A stretch of 64,000 nucleotides of DNA from an uncultured Alphaproteobacteria bacterium. GTDB taxonomy: Bacteria > Pseudomonadota > Alphaproteobacteria > Acetobacterales > Acetobacteraceae. Where the stretch lies: positions 127,178 to 191,177 of the forward strand of contig CAWHIH010000009.1 of assembly GCA_963829365.1 (NCBI GenBank), read 5' to 3'. The position numbers were made by a program, and so were the translations under genes. A model generated the notes under the pieces. The model was given only the letters and a program-made list of their open reading frames with translations, had not been told where the DNA came from and did no database searches. Below, one piece after another: positions 10,238 through 21,473 of the stretch (positions are counted from its first letter, which is position 1; each line of letters opens with the position of its first letter).

Positions 10238-11002
10238 TCAGTCCCCGGGGGCGGCGGGGCCGCCCGGGACGGCGATGGGCGGCGCCACCGCGGCATCGGC
10301 CATCGGCAGGGCGGCCGGGTCGTCGTCGAGCAGCAGGATGTGCAGCCGCCGCGGGCCATGCGCGCCGAGTTCCAGGGTCTGCTCGATATCCGCGCTGCGC
10401 GACGGGCCGGTGACGAACATGACGTTGCGCGGCATGAACCCGCCGCTGCGGGCATCCCGGCTTTCCGCCCGCAGCTTGTCCCAGGCTTCCTCATAGGCGC
10501 CGACGACGCGGCTGGTACGGAGGATGACGATCTCGGTTTCCGCCAGCAGGTTCAGGGTGGTCGGGCGCTCGGGGGCGGAGGGCAGCATCAGCGTGCCGGT
10601 TTCCGCCACCGCGGCATAGCCGTGCTGGACGCTGACCTGGTCGGTGGCTTCGGCACGGCGCTGCTCGAAGGCCAGCATCGGCCGGTCGGCCCAGGGGATG
10701 CCGGCGAATTCCGGGTGCGGCGCCAGCACGAAGCGCGAGGGCAGGTTCTGCGCCGCCAGGTATTCGGCGATGGCGGCCGGCACCGCCGCCAGCCCCGGCA
10801 GCCGCTCGACCGTGCCGAACTCCTTCTCGACGTTGCGGACGAACAGCGCCACCTGCTCGGGCCGCGGCAGGCGGGACCGGTCGGGGATGAGGTGGCGTGG
10901 GTGGCTCGCCAGCCGGCCGCCCAGCATCGCCTGCTGGTCCGCCGGCAGCGGCCCGCGCTTCAGCCCGCGCCGGATAGCGCCGAGGATCGCTTCCTTGGTC
11001 AT
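10238..11002 (-). CDS. lutC: Lactate utilization LutC/YkgG (LUD domain) protein
   Basis: AVAETGTL, FVTGPSRSADIEQTLELGAHGPRRL. Confidence 0.88.
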   Translation of the reverse strand: MTKEAILGAIRRGLKRGPLPADQQAMLGGRLASHPRHLIPDRSRLPRPEQVALFVRNVEKEFGTVERLPGLAAVPAAIAEYLAAQNLPSRFVLAPHPEFAGIPWADRPMLAFEQRRAEATDQVSVQHGYAAVAETGTLMLPSAPERPTTLNLLAETEIVILRTSRVVGAYEEAWDKLRAESRDARSGGFMPRNVMFVTGPSRSADIEQTLELGAHGPRRLHILLLDDDPAALPMADAAVAPPIAVPGGPAAPGD

Positions 11003-11064
11003 GCCGGTCGTCCTACGCCTTGGGACGGGGAAGCGGAAGCGCCCGGCTGCGGACCAGCCATGGT

Positions 11065-12495
11065 TCAGCGCCGCCGGGCACGCTGGGCCTGGGCGTAGCG
11101 CGCCATGAAGGTGCCGCCCGCCTCGGGCACCGGCAGGTCCCGCCCGGCGGTCCAGCCGCCGGCCAGCGGCATGCGGTGGAACGCCCCCTTGCCGCGGCCG
11201 AGTAGCCCGAGCGCCGCCATCGCCGTCCGCGTCGCCAGCCGGTACAGCGCCGGCCGCCGGGCGAACCAGGCCCAGAGCGACAGGTTGGCGCGCACCGTGG
11301 CGGGGGTGAGGTGGCGTTCGAACTCGCGCTCCCGCCAGTGCCGCATCATCTTGGGCAGCGGGATCTTCACCGGGCAGACCGCCTCGCAGCGGCCGCAGAA
11401 GGTGGAGGCGTTGGGCAGCATGCCGGTCTTGTCGATGCCGACCAGGGACGGCGTCAGGACGCTGCCCATCGGCCCCGGGTACACCCAGCCATAGGCATGG
11501 CCGCCGACCGCGCCATAGACAGGGCAATGGTTCATGCAGGCGGCGCAGCGGATGCAGCGCAGCATCTCCTGGAACTCGGTGCCGAGCATGTTGGACCGGC
11601 CGCTGTCCACCAGGATGACGTGGTATTCCTCCGGCCCGTCGAGATCGGCCTCGCGCCGGGCGCCGGTCGAGAAGGTGGTGTAGACGGAGAAATCCTGGCC
11701 GGTGGCGGAACGCGCCAGCAGCCGCAGCAGGCTGGTCGCGTCCTCCAGCGTGGGCACCACCTTCTCGATGCTGGCCAGCACGATATGCACGCGCGGCAGC
11801 GTCTGGGTGAGGTCGCCGTTGCCTTCGTTGGTGACGATGACGCTGCTGCCGGTCTCGGCGATGAGGAAATTGGCGCCGGTGATGCCGACATCCGCCGCCA
11901 GGAAGCGCTCCCGCAGGCGGGTGCGGGCCTCGGCCAATATGTCGCGGCGCTCGTGGAAGATGCGGTCGGCCGGCAGGTCGGTGTGCAGGCGGCGGAAATC
12001 GGCTTCCCAATCTTCCCGGTTCAGGTGGAAGGCGGGGGCGATGATGTGGCTCGGCGCCTCGTTGCGCAGTTGCAGGATGTATTCGCCGAGGTCGGTCTCG
12101 ACCGGCTGGATGCCATGGGCTTCCAGGTGGTGGTTGATCCCGAGTTCCTCGGAGATCATCGACTTGCCCTTGGTGACGGTCCGCGCACCGGCGGCGCGGC
12201 AGATCTCCAGCACCCGGGCGCGTGCATCGTCCGAGGTGGAGCACCAGTGCACCTTGCCGCCGGCCGCCAGCACCTTCTCCTCATAGGCTTCGAGGTAGAA
12301 GTCGAGGTTGGCCAGGGTGTGGTTCTTGATGTCCCGGCCAATATCCCGCAGCCGCTCGAATTCCGGCAGGTTGGCGACGGCGGTGGCGCGGCGTTGCAGG
12401 AAGGCGCCCTTGGCGGTGCCGAGCGCCTTCTGCAGTCCCGGGTTCGCCAGGGCGCGGGCGGAGTTTTCCTTGAAGGCGGGGGAGGTGACGTGCAC
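11065..12495 (-). CDS. lutB: Lactate utilization Fe-S protein LutB/LldF
   Basis: KGKSMISEE, ETDLGEYILQ, NEGNG, CIRCAACMNHCPVY, YPGPMG, CGRCEAVCPVKIP; start inferred at GTG. Confidence 0.92.
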   Translation of the reverse strand: MHVTSPAFKENSARALANPGLQKALGTAKGAFLQRRATAVANLPEFERLRDIGRDIKNHTLANLDFYLEAYEEKVLAAGGKVHWCSTSDDARARVLEICRAAGARTVTKGKSMISEELGINHHLEAHGIQPVETDLGEYILQLRNEAPSHIIAPAFHLNREDWEADFRRLHTDLPADRIFHERRDILAEARTRLRERFLAADVGITGANFLIAETGSSVIVTNEGNGDLTQTLPRVHIVLASIEKVVPTLEDATSLLRLLARSATGQDFSVYTTFSTGARREADLDGPEEYHVILVDSGRSNMLGTEFQEMLRCIRCAACMNHCPVYGAVGGHAYGWVYPGPMGSVLTPSLVGIDKTGMLPNASTFCGRCEAVCPVKIPLPKMMRHWREREFERHLTPATVRANLSLWAWFARRPALYRLATRTAMAALGLLGRGKGAFHRMPLAGGWTAGRDLPVPEAGGTFMARYAQAQRARRR

Positions 12496-12614
12496 GGGTG
12501 GGGATGCTCCTGCGTCATCCGAACATAGCGCGCCGGGCGCCCAGGGCCAGGGGTTGGTGCGGTGCGTCGGCAAAGGATAGCGTGGCGGGCAAGACCAAGG
12601 AGGAAGGCGCCCCG

Positions 12615-13866
12615 ATGTTTCCCGTGGAACAATTGCCCGCCCGCCTGGCCGCCGCCCCTGGCCTGCAACGCTGGGGCCGGCTGCTGGATGCCGATGTGCT
12701 GCTGGAGATCGGCCCCGATGCCTGGCTGCTGACGGTGCGGGATGGCCAGGTGCTGGCGGTCCGTCCCGGCCCCTTCGTCATGCCCTGCTTCACCCTGGCG
12801 CTGCGGATCACGGCGGAGGGTTTCGCCAAATTCCTCTCGCCCACTCCCCTGCCCGGCTGGCACGACCTGCTGGCGCTCCGCCGCCAGGGTGCGTTGCGTA
12901 TCGAGGGCGATACCACGCGGTTCTTCGCCCACCTGCTGTGGTTCAAGGGCACGCTGGCGCTGCTGGGCGAGCGCGAGGCCCCTGCTCCATCCCCTCGCCC
13001 GGTCCCCCACGGTACCGTCACTGTCGAGCCCATCACCGGCCGCTACCTGCGGATGGACATCGAGGGTCGCCCGCAGCGGGTCTATGTCGAGGAAGCCGGC
13101 GAGGGCATGCCGCTGCTGCTGCTGCACACCGCCGGCAGCGACGGCCGGCAGTGGCGGGACCTGCTGAACGATGGCGGATGTCACCAGCCGCTTCCGCTGC
13201 ATCGCCTTCGACATGCCGCGCCACGGCAAGTCCAGCCCGCCGGCCGGCTGGGAACATGAGGAATATCGCCTGACCACCGCCGCCTACACCGGCCTGGTGA
13301 TGACCATGGCGGCGGCACTTGGCCTCGAGCGGCCCGTCGTCATGGGCTGCTCCATCGGCGGGCGGATCGTGCTGGACCTGGCGTCGGAACATGCGCGCAG
13401 CGCTGCGCGGCATCATCGGCCTGCAGCGGCAGCGCCTTTACCGGCGCTACTACGATCTGTCCGTGCTGCACCACCCGCATATCCATGGCGGCGAGGTCTG
13501 CGGCGCGGCCTGGTCTCGGGCCTGATGGGGCCGGCTGCCCCGGAAGCCGGCAAGTGGGAGACGCTGTGGCACTACATGCAGGGCGGCCCCGGCATCTTCC
13601 GCGGCGACCTTCATTTCTACCCGAGGAAGGCGACCTGCGCCCGAAGCTGGCCCGGCATCGACACGGCGAAATGCCCGGTCGCCCTGCTGACCGGCGAATA
13701 CGACTACTCCTGCCGCCCGGAGGACACCCGCGCCACCGCCGCCGCCATTCCCGGCGCCAACGCCACCATTATGCCCGGCCTCGGCCACTTCCCGATGAGC
13801 GAGGACTCCGCCGCGCTGAAGCCGTACCTGCTGCCGGTGCTGGAGGCGATGGCGGCCCGCGGGTGA
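12615..13866 (+). CDS. Alpha/beta hydrolase with N-terminal SCP2-like extension (frameshifts)
   Basis: LLHTAGSDGRQW, FDMPRHGKS, GCSIGG nucleophile elbow, TGEYD, GHFPMSE. Confidence 0.8.
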
Positions 13867-14318
13867 CCCTGCCGCGCCGCGCCACGGCGGCGGACATCCC
13901 CATGATGTTCGAGATCCGCCTGGCGGTGCGGGAGAATCCGATGACCGCTGCTGCGCTCGCCGCCGCCGGCGTCACACCGCCCGCCGTGGCACGCATGCTG
14001 GCAACCGGCGCCGCCGGCTGGATGGCCGGCGAGGATGCCGCCTTCGCCATCGCGGATGGGGCGGATGGCAGCGTGTTCGCGCTGTTCGTACGGCCGGGCC
14101 AGGAAGGCCGTGGCCTCGGCCGTGCCCTGCTGCGGGAGGCGGAGGCCTGGCTGGCCGGCCAGGGCTGGCGGCAGGCCTGGCTGCTGACCGGCGCGGACCC
14201 CTGCATCCGCGCCCAGGGCTTCTACCGCGCGCATGGCTGGCGCCCGGTCGGCCGGGCACCGCCCGGCGAGCAGCGCTTCGTCCGGGACCTCGGCGCGCAA
14301 CGGCTCAGCCGAAGCTGA
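13863..14318 (+). CDS. GNAT-family N-acetyltransferase
   Basis: VRENP, ALFVRPGQEGRGLGRALL, AQGFYRAHGW. Confidence 0.85.
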   Translation: MTLPRRATAADIPMMFEIRLAVRENPMTAAALAAAGVTPPAVARMLATGAAGWMAGEDAAFAIADGADGSVFALFVRPGQEGRGLGRALLREAEAWLAGQGWRQAWLLTGADPCIRAQGFYRAHGWRPVGRAPPGEQRFVRDLGAQRLSRS

Positions 14319-15066
14319 TCCTGATCGGCGGCAGCGTGCCGAACCGTACCGAAACCCGGTTGTCCGGCCGTGGCGCCAGCATGCCGGTCGCGGTGCCGGT
14401 GCTGACCCATTCGCCGGCACGGAGATGCGTGCCCGTGCGTGGCAGCCGGTTGGCCAGCCAGGCCAGCGCCCGCAACGGATGGCCCATCACCTCCGCCCCG
14501 CTGCCGGTCCGGCGCACCACGCCATCGACCGAGACCTCCACCGGCATGTTCGGCAGATCGGCTGCCTGCCAGTCCGGGATCTCTGGCCCCAGCACATAGC
14601 GCCCGTTGCCGCTGCCATCCGCCAGCACGGCGGCGAAGGGCGGTAGCGCATCGGTGGGAAAGCGGCATTCGGCCACCTCCACCCCGGCATGCACGGCGGC
14701 CACGGCGGCGGCGACCTCGGCCTCGGTCCAGGGCTCGGCGCGCGGCGGCAGGTCGGCGCCGAGGCGGAAGAAGAACTCCGCCTCGATGATCGGGTCCAGC
14801 AGCCCCGCATGGGTGAACCGGGCCGGCGCGTCCAGCAGCGGCGCGAAGCTGCGGCCGAGGATCGGCTCCGGCATGCGCAGCCGGGCGCGCATCACCTCGT
14901 TGGTGCCGGCGATCTTCCAGCCGAGGGGTGCCCAGCCGAGCCGTTCCGCGACTTCCGCGGCGACGGCATAGGCCGCATCGGCATCGGCGGGCACGAGATG
15001 CGTGGGCAGCGCCCTGACCTGCCGGCCATCCCGCCGCGCCGTCAGCAGGATATCGGCCAGCGTCAT
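14305..15066 (-). CDS. 2-keto-4-pentenoate hydratase/FAA-hydrolase family protein
   Basis: GWKIAGT, IEAEFFF, GVEVAECRF, GHPLRALAWLAN, GEWVSTGT. Confidence 0.85.
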   Translation of the reverse strand: MTLADILLTARRDGRQVRALPTHLVPADADAAYAVAAEVAERLGWAPLGWKIAGTNEVMRARLRMPEPILGRSFAPLLDAPARFTHAGLLDPIIEAEFFFRLGADLPPRAEPWTEAEVAAAVAAVHAGVEVAECRFPTDALPPFAAVLADGSGNGRYVLGPEIPDWQAADLPNMPVEVSVDGVVRRTGSGAEVMGHPLRALAWLANRLPRTGTHLRAGEWVSTGTATGMLAPRPDNRVSVRFGTLPPIRISFG

Positions 15067-16767
15067 GCCGCCAGCGCCTTGGCCAGCAGGGCGGCCGGCA
15101 GGTCCTCGTCGGTATCCTCCAGCGGGTCGCGCGGCAGCACCCGGTGGCGCAGCACCAGCTGCGCCAGCGCCAGCCGGTCCGGGTCGCCCAGCCTCTCGCT
15201 TTCCCACGCCATCGCGGCGGCGCTGGTCACGTGATAGATCGCGCTCGCCGCCTGCCGGGCCAGCGCCGGGTTGTCCTGCGCGCGCAGCGCCAGGGCGGCG
15301 GCGCGGTCGAAGGCCGGCAGCGCCTCCGGCAGCGCCGCGCCGTTGCCGAGCAACCCGTGCACATGCGCCCGCAGCACCGGCAGCGAGCCTTCCCGCTGCG
15401 CCGCCCGCAGCACGTCGAGCGCGACGATGTTGCTGGTGCCTTCCCAGATGAGCCGAGATGCGCATCGCGCAGCAGCCGCGCGTCGGCCCATTCCTCGATG
15501 TAGCCGCAGCCGCCGCGCACCTCCATCGCATCGCCGGTGACCCGGCGGGCGTCGCGGCAGGCGCGGAACTTGATCAGCGGCGTCAGGATGCGCAGCAGGG
15601 CATAGGCGCCGTCCTCGCCCGGCATCGGCACGGCGCAGCGCCTCGGCGGTCTGGAACACCATGCTGCGGGCCTGCTCCATGGGCAGCATCAGCTTGCCAG
15701 CTGCCGCCGCATCAGCGGCATCTCGACCAGGGTGCGGCCGAAGGCGATGGCGGTTGCGGGCGACGAACAGCGCCTCCGTCACCGCCCGGCGCATCAGCCC
15801 GGCCGCGCGCATGCCGTTCGACAGGCGGGAGTTGTTGACCATGTCGGCCATCTGCCGGAAGCCGGCGTCCGGGTCGCCGACCAGCCAGGCCGTCGCGCCC
15901 TCCAGCCGGATCTCGCCGCGTGGCCATGGAACGGGTGCCGAGCTTGTCCTTCAGCCGGACGATCCGGTAGGCGTTCGGCGTGCCGTCCGGCCGCTCCCGC
16001 GGCAGCAGGAACAGCGAGACGCCCGCGCAGCCCGGCCGGCGCGCCGGCGCGGCGGGCCAGCACCATGCGCCAGTGTCGGCATCGGCGTTGCAGCAGAACC
16101 ACTTGTCGCCGGTCAGCGCCCAGGTGCCATCCTCGCCGCGGCTCGGCCAGCACCGCCGTGGCGGAGATGTCGGAGCCGGCGCCCTGCTCGGTCATGAACA
16201 TCGCGCCCTGGTGCAGCGCGTCGAGGTCCTGGTCGCGGTCAGCGCCGGCAGGTAGCGCGCGACCAGCGCCGGGTCGCCGAACTGCGCAGCGTGCGGGCCA
16301 GGGCGTCGGTCATCGACAGCGGGCAGCACAGGCCGAATTCCGCCTGCACGAACAGGTAGGTCAGCGCATATTTCGCCGCCGGCGGCATCGGCGCCGGCCA
16401 GCCCAGCACGCCGGCGCGGTGCGACATGGCGGCGAGGCCGAATTCGCCGAAGGCCACCCGTTCCAGCTCACGGTAGGCCGGGTGGTAGTCGATGGCTGCG
16501 CATCCTCGCCGCGCCGGTTGCGGTGCAGCAGCTCGGGCGGGTTGCGATCCGCGGCGGCGGCCAGCGCGTCCAGCCGCCGCCAGCCAGCGCGCCCATACGG
16601 TCCAGGTGCGGCGCCAGATGCGCCAGCAGGTCCGGCGGCAGGTACAGGGACAGCAGCGGCGCCAGCCAGGGATCGGCGCGGAACAGGTTCAGGCCGGCGC
16701 TGTCCGGTACGGCCGCGGCGCCGACGGGTGGCCCGGCGAGGGCCGGGGCGGTGATGTGCGTGTCCAT
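15063..16767 (-). CDS. Acyl-CoA dehydrogenase, AidB-like (many frameshifts)
   Basis: QAEFGLCCPLSMTD, MFMTEQGAGSD, MADMVNNSRLSNG, AMEVRGGCGYIEEW, IWEGTSNIVALD spread over frames. Confidence 0.82.
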
Positions 16768-16909
16768 ACCCATGATCATGCCGCCTTCCCCCCTGCCCCC
16801 GCCAGCGGTTTGACCTGCGCAAATCTGTTCATGGCGGCCGGCAAGACCCGCTAGGCTGCGGCGGCAGACGCCCGGACCCAGAAGAAGAAACAACCACAAG
16901 GAGAATGTC

Positions 16910-17350
16910 ATGACCGTCGCCGCCGTCATCCGACAGAAGGGCCGCAACGTGGTCTCGGTATCGCCCGCGGCCGGCATCGCCGAGATCGCCGCCATCATCG
17001 CGTCCCGCCGGATCGGCGCGGTCATGGTGCTGGAGGACCACGGCGGGCTGGCCGGCATCGTCAGCGAACGGGATGTGGTGAAGGCGCTGGCGAAGCACGG
17101 CGCCAAGGCCATGGAACTCACCGCCAGCGACCTGATGACGCGGCAGGTGACGACCGTGAACATGCACACCTCGGTCGATCACGCGATGGAGATCATGGAC
17201 GCCGGCTACTTCCGCCACCTGCCGGTGATGGATGATGGCCAGCTCGCCGGCATCATCAGCATCCGCGACCTGGTGAAGCACCGCATCACCCAGCACCACC
17301 GGGACGTGGAGGCACTGAAGGCCTTCGTCGCGGAGCGGAACCGGGAATAG
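16910..17350 (+). CDS. CBS-domain protein
   Basis: RRIGAV, GIVSERDVV, FRHLPV, GIISIRDLVK; AAGGAG RBS upstream. Confidence 0.9.
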   Translation: MTVAAVIRQKGRNVVSVSPAAGIAEIAAIIASRRIGAVMVLEDHGGLAGIVSERDVVKALAKHGAKAMELTASDLMTRQVTTVNMHTSVDHAMEIMDAGYFRHLPVMDDGQLAGIISIRDLVKHRITQHHRDVEALKAFVAERNRE

Positions 17351-17405
17351 CGCCCCTTGGCGGGCCAGCCCTTCCCCGGCAGGATCGCGCCGGGGAGGAA
17401 CCACC

Positions 17406-18353
17406 ATGACCGATCGCTGGCAGCCGAGCGAACGCTACCCGGACCCGTCCATCGTTGCGCTCGACCCGTCCTTCAAGAAATACCACCTGCCGCTCTCGGC
17501 GGTGGAGCGGTTGTGGACCGGCTCGCGCTGGGGAGAGGGGCCGGTCTGGATCGGCGACCTGCGCTGCCTGCTGTGGTCCGACATCCCGAACAACCGCGTG
17601 CTGAAATGGGAGGAGGAAACCGGCGCGGTCTCCGAATGGCGCAAGCCCTCCAACAACGCCAACGGCCACACGCGGGACCGCCAGGGCCGGATCATCGCCT
17701 GCGAGCATGCCGGCCGCCGCGTGGTGCGGTTCGAGCCGGACGGCGCCATCACGGTGATAGCCGACAGCTACCAGGGCAAGCGGCTGAACAGCCCCAACGA
17801 CGTGGTGGTGAAATCCGACGGCAGCATCTGGTTCACCGACCCGCCCTTCGGCACCTACGCCTTCTACGAGGGCAACAAGTGCGAGGCCGAGCTGCCGCAT
17901 ACCCATGTCTACCGGGTGGACGGCCAGACCGGCGAGATCACCTGCGTCGCCGATGACATCGACCACCCGAACGGGCTTGCCTTCAGCCCGGACGAGGGCA
18001 TCCTCTACGTCATCGAAAGCCGCAGTACCCCGCGCAACATCCTGGCCTATGACGTGGTGGGCGGCACGAAGCTGCAGAAGCGCCGGGTGTTCGTGGAATG
18101 CCGCCCCGGCGAGACGCCGGATGGCTTCCGTGTCGATACCGACGGCAACCTCTGGTGCGGCTGGGGCATGACGGCGGAGCATGACGGCGTGCGCGTCATC
18201 AACAACGCCGGCACCTATATCGGCCACATCCACTTGCCGGAACGCTGCGCCAACCTCGCCTTCGGCGGGCGCAACCGGAACCGGTTGTTCATGTCGGCGG
18301 CGCAGTCGCTGTTCGCGCTCTACGTCAATACCCAGGGGGTGGCGGGAGGCTGA
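17406..18353 (+). CDS. SMP-30/gluconolactonase/LRE family protein
   Basis: EGPVW, WSDIPNN, LNSPNDVV, WFTDP, PNGLAFSPDE, PDGFRVD. Confidence 0.92.
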   Translation: MTDRWQPSERYPDPSIVALDPSFKKYHLPLSAVERLWTGSRWGEGPVWIGDLRCLLWSDIPNNRVLKWEEETGAVSEWRKPSNNANGHTRDRQGRIIACEHAGRRVVRFEPDGAITVIADSYQGKRLNSPNDVVVKSDGSIWFTDPPFGTYAFYEGNKCEAELPHTHVYRVDGQTGEITCVADDIDHPNGLAFSPDEGILYVIESRSTPRNILAYDVVGGTKLQKRRVFVECRPGETPDGFRVDTDGNLWCGWGMTAEHDGVRVINNAGTYIGHIHLPERCANLAFGGRNRNRLFMSAAQSLFALYVNTQGVAGG

Positions 18354-18445
18354 AGCGGGATCGCCGCCGGCTGGGACGGCCGGAGGCGTGAATCACGCGG
18401 CCAAGCAAGGAGCCGGACCTTGTTCAGCGCTGCTGGCAGCGCTGA

Positions 18446-19710
18446 TCAGGGTCCGGTGGGGTCGCGCCCCTCGCCCGCCGGCCAGTCGTCACGGTCGCGC
18501 AGCATGTGCACCGGCACCTGCAGGCACAGGCTGTGGGCCGGCAGCACGTCGCGCCAATCCGCGATGAGCTTCCGGTAGGCGGTGCCGACCCGGCGGATGT
18601 TGCGGTCCAGGTCGAACAGGCCGAGCGGATTGGCGCGGCCGTTCTGCTCCCGGAGGGCGGTGTCCCAGTCCACCTGGTCGGTCAGCGAATACCAGGTGAA
18701 GCCGACCACCGGCAGGCCGTCGTTGCGCACCCGCAGCACGTTGGCCCATTGCTTCCACAGCCACTGCACGGATTCCTGGCCGGTGGGGCCTTCGTTCAGG
18801 TTGGTCTCGGTGTGCATCACCGGCAGGTGGTAGCGGTCGTAGTACTGGTGGGTGATGCGTCGTAGCCGAAGATCTCGCCGGCCGGCCGAGTACGGCCATC
18901 GGCCGAGACAGGTGCTCGTTGGTCACGTAATAGTCGTTGCCCATGATGCACGCAGCGCTTCAGCCGGTGGGACAGGAACAAGTCGTATTCGTCGCGCGTC
19001 ATGCCGTTGTCGAGCAGGTACTCGTACATCCCGGAATCGACCCGCCGGCCGTAGTTCAGGTCGAGTGACAGGAAGCGCTCGGCGTTGCGGATCTCGGCGG
19101 GGCCGATCGCGGCGGGGCTGTCGGCGTGGAAGTATTCCGATGATTCGCTCTGGATGAACAGCGCATCCGGGCGGACCTCCAGGATCGCCTCCATCGCCAG
19201 CACATTGGCCTTGCACCGCATGCTTCAGCGCGGTGACGAAGCCGCGGTCGCTGGCAAGCTGCTCGTTCCACCAGCCGTAGCGGCCGCTGAACAGCGCGGT
19301 CGACGAAGATCTCGTTCACCGGCGTGTAGAGCTGCACCTACGGAAAGCGCTCGGCGAAGGCGCGGGCATAGTCGGCGAATAGCTGCGGGCCAGTCCGGGT
19401 TCTGGAAATTGCCGAGCCAGTCCGGCACGCCGAAATGGCACAGGTCCACGATCGGGACGATGCGCAGCCGCCGCAATTCGGCGAAGGCCTGGTCCGCATA
19501 GTCCCAGTCGTACCGCCCGGGGCCGAGCAGCGTGCGGTGCAGCGGCGGGCCATGCGGAGGAAGCCGCAGCCGAACTCCGCCACCAGCGCGAAATCCTCCC
19601 GCCAGTGGGCGTAGTGGCCGCATTCCTCCATCTGGTCGCGCCGGCACCGTCCCGCCCCGGATGGTCGGGTTGCTGTTCTCGATGCCGGTGGCGAACATGA
19701 AATAGGTCAC
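18446..19710 (-). CDS. Glycoside hydrolase family 1-like protein (many frameshifts)
   Basis: FATGIENS, PIVDLCHFGVPDW, YTPVNE, GNDYY, HTETN, GFTWYSLTDQVDWD. Confidence 0.78.
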
Positions 19711-19752
19711 GCCACCGCAACGCACGGTGGCGCATCCGGTTCAGCCAACGGG

Positions 19753-20100
19753 TCAGGTGGCCAGCAGCGCCCGCGGCACCCGCACCGTCAGCGACAGCAG
19801 CCGGAAGGAGTGGGTCTTGCCGTGGCCATCCAGGTTGAGGCTGCCGTTGACCCCGCCCTCCAGCACGTCATCCACCACGAAGTTGAAGGCGTGCAGCAGC
19901 GGCAACTCGTAGCGCGTGCAGCGCGAGGCGCCGCGATGCGCGAACAGCGCCAGCACCCGCGCCTCCGTCACCTGTTCCGCCAGCACGGGATACAGCGCCG
20001 GATCATAGGGGATCAGCGACATGTTGCTGCGGTTGCCCTTGTCCCCGGCGCGGCTGTGCGCGACCGCGTGCAGCAGGACCTCGACCGTTTCCTCGCTCAT
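19753..20100 (-). CDS. AtuA-related small protein
   Basis: AHSRAGDKGN, FNFV..LEGGVNGSLNLDGHGK. Confidence 0.85.
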   Translation of the reverse strand: MSEETVEVLLHAVAHSRAGDKGNRSNMSLIPYDPALYPVLAEQVTEARVLALFAHRGASRCTRYELPLLHAFNFVVDDVLEGGVNGSLNLDGHGKTHSFRLLSLTVRVPRALLAT

Positions 20101-21473
20101 GCCAGCATCTCCCCTGCGCTGCGGACCAGCACCCTGGTCGGCACCCTCTCGCGCAGGACCAGGTAGCTCCGGGTCAGGATGCGGGGCGTGAGGCGCCAGC
20201 GGGCACCGCCGGTGCCGGCGGTGCCGCAGCACAGCAGGGCCAGCACTTCCCGCGCCGCCTGGTCCACCGCGTCCCGGTCGGGGCCTTCGGCGGCGAGGCG
20301 AATGCGCACCTCCGGTGGTTCCGGCCCGTCATAGCCGCGCCAAAGGGCACCATCGTCGCTGTCCAGCACGCTGGCGACGCCGATCAGGTCCACCCGCGCC
20401 CGCACGCCGAGCCCGCGCATCTCCAGCCGCCGCAGCAGCACATCCGCCGTCGCCTTCGCCCGTGCCAGCGCATTGGGACCGGCGACCGAGACCTCGCCCT
20501 CGCCCAGCCAGCTTCCCTCGAAGCTGGCCGTCACCTTCAGGGTTTCCGGCGCCGGATGGCCGCGCAGCCCGTGGATGGCCACGCGGTCGCGGCCGACCTG
20601 CTCCACCGTGCAGCCGCCGATGTCGAGCACCACATCGGGCGTGATGTAGTGGGAAGGGTCGTGCAATTCGTAGAGCAACTGCTCCTTCACCGTCCGCAGG
20701 TCGACGATGCCGCCGGTGTCCTCGGGCTTGGTGATGACCAGCCCGCCCTCGGCGGTGACCTCGGCAATGGGGAAGCCGATGTTGGCGGGATCGGGGATGT
20801 CCTTGAAGCCGGGGTCCCAGAACACCCCGCCGGTCACCTGGCTGCCGCATTCCAGCAGATGCCCGCAGGCCGCGCCCACCGCCAGCTTCTGCCAGTCCGT
20901 GAAGGACCAGCCGAAGTGGTGCACCAGCGGCGCGATCGCCAGCGCCGGGTCCGAGGTGCGGCCGGCGACCACCACATCGGCGCCCTGCCGCAGGGCCTCC
21001 ACCAGCGGCTCCGCGCCGATATAGGCGTTGGCGGCGACGAGGCGCGCGGATTTCGTATCGATGCTGCCGTCCGCCTCATGCACCGGAAGCTGGTCGAGCG
21101 CGATGCTGCCCATCACGTCGTCGCCGCTGACGACGGCGATCTTCAGCTCCGGCAGGCCGAGCCGCAGCGCTAGCCGCGCCACCAGCCGCGCCGCCGCTAG
21201 CGGATTGGCGGCACCGAAATTGCCGAGGATGGGGATGCGGGCGCGGAAGCAATCCGCCAGGATCGGCTCCAGCAGCCGCTCCAGCATCGGCTCATAGCCC
21301 AGTTCCGGGTCGCGCCGGCGTTCGAGCTGCGCCAGCGCCACGGTGCGTTCGCCCAGCGTCTCGAAGAACATCGCGGCCGGCAGCCCGCGCGCCACCAGGC
21401 TGCGCACCACCGGGACCGGCGCATCGACCCGGTCGCCGGAAAAGCCGCCGCCGTTGCCGACAAGAAAGGTCAT
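20097..21473 (-). CDS. Acyclic terpene utilization AtuA-family (DUF1446) protein
   Basis: GFSGDR, FETLGERT, NAYIGA, GHLLECGSQVTGG, GFPIAEV, KEQLLYELHDP..YITPDV. Confidence 0.9.
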   Translation of the reverse strand: MTFLVGNGGGFSGDRVDAPVPVVRSLVARGLPAAMFFETLGERTVALAQLERRRDPELGYEPMLERLLEPILADCFRARIPILGNFGAANPLAAARLVARLALRLGLPELKIAVVSGDDVMGSIALDQLPVHEADGSIDTKSARLVAANAYIGAEPLVEALRQGADVVVAGRTSDPALAIAPLVHHFGWSFTDWQKLAVGAACGHLLECGSQVTGGVFWDPGFKDIPDPANIGFPIAEVTAEGGLVITKPEDTGGIVDLRTVKEQLLYELHDPSHYITPDVVLDIGGCTVEQVGRDRVAIHGLRGHPAPETLKVTASFEGSWLGEGEVSVAGPNALARAKATADVLLRRLEMRGLGVRARVDLIGVASVLDSDDGALWRGYDGPEPPEVRIRLAAEGPDRDAVDQAAREVLALLCCGTAGTGGARWRLTPRILTRSYLVLRERVPTRVLVRSAGEMLA

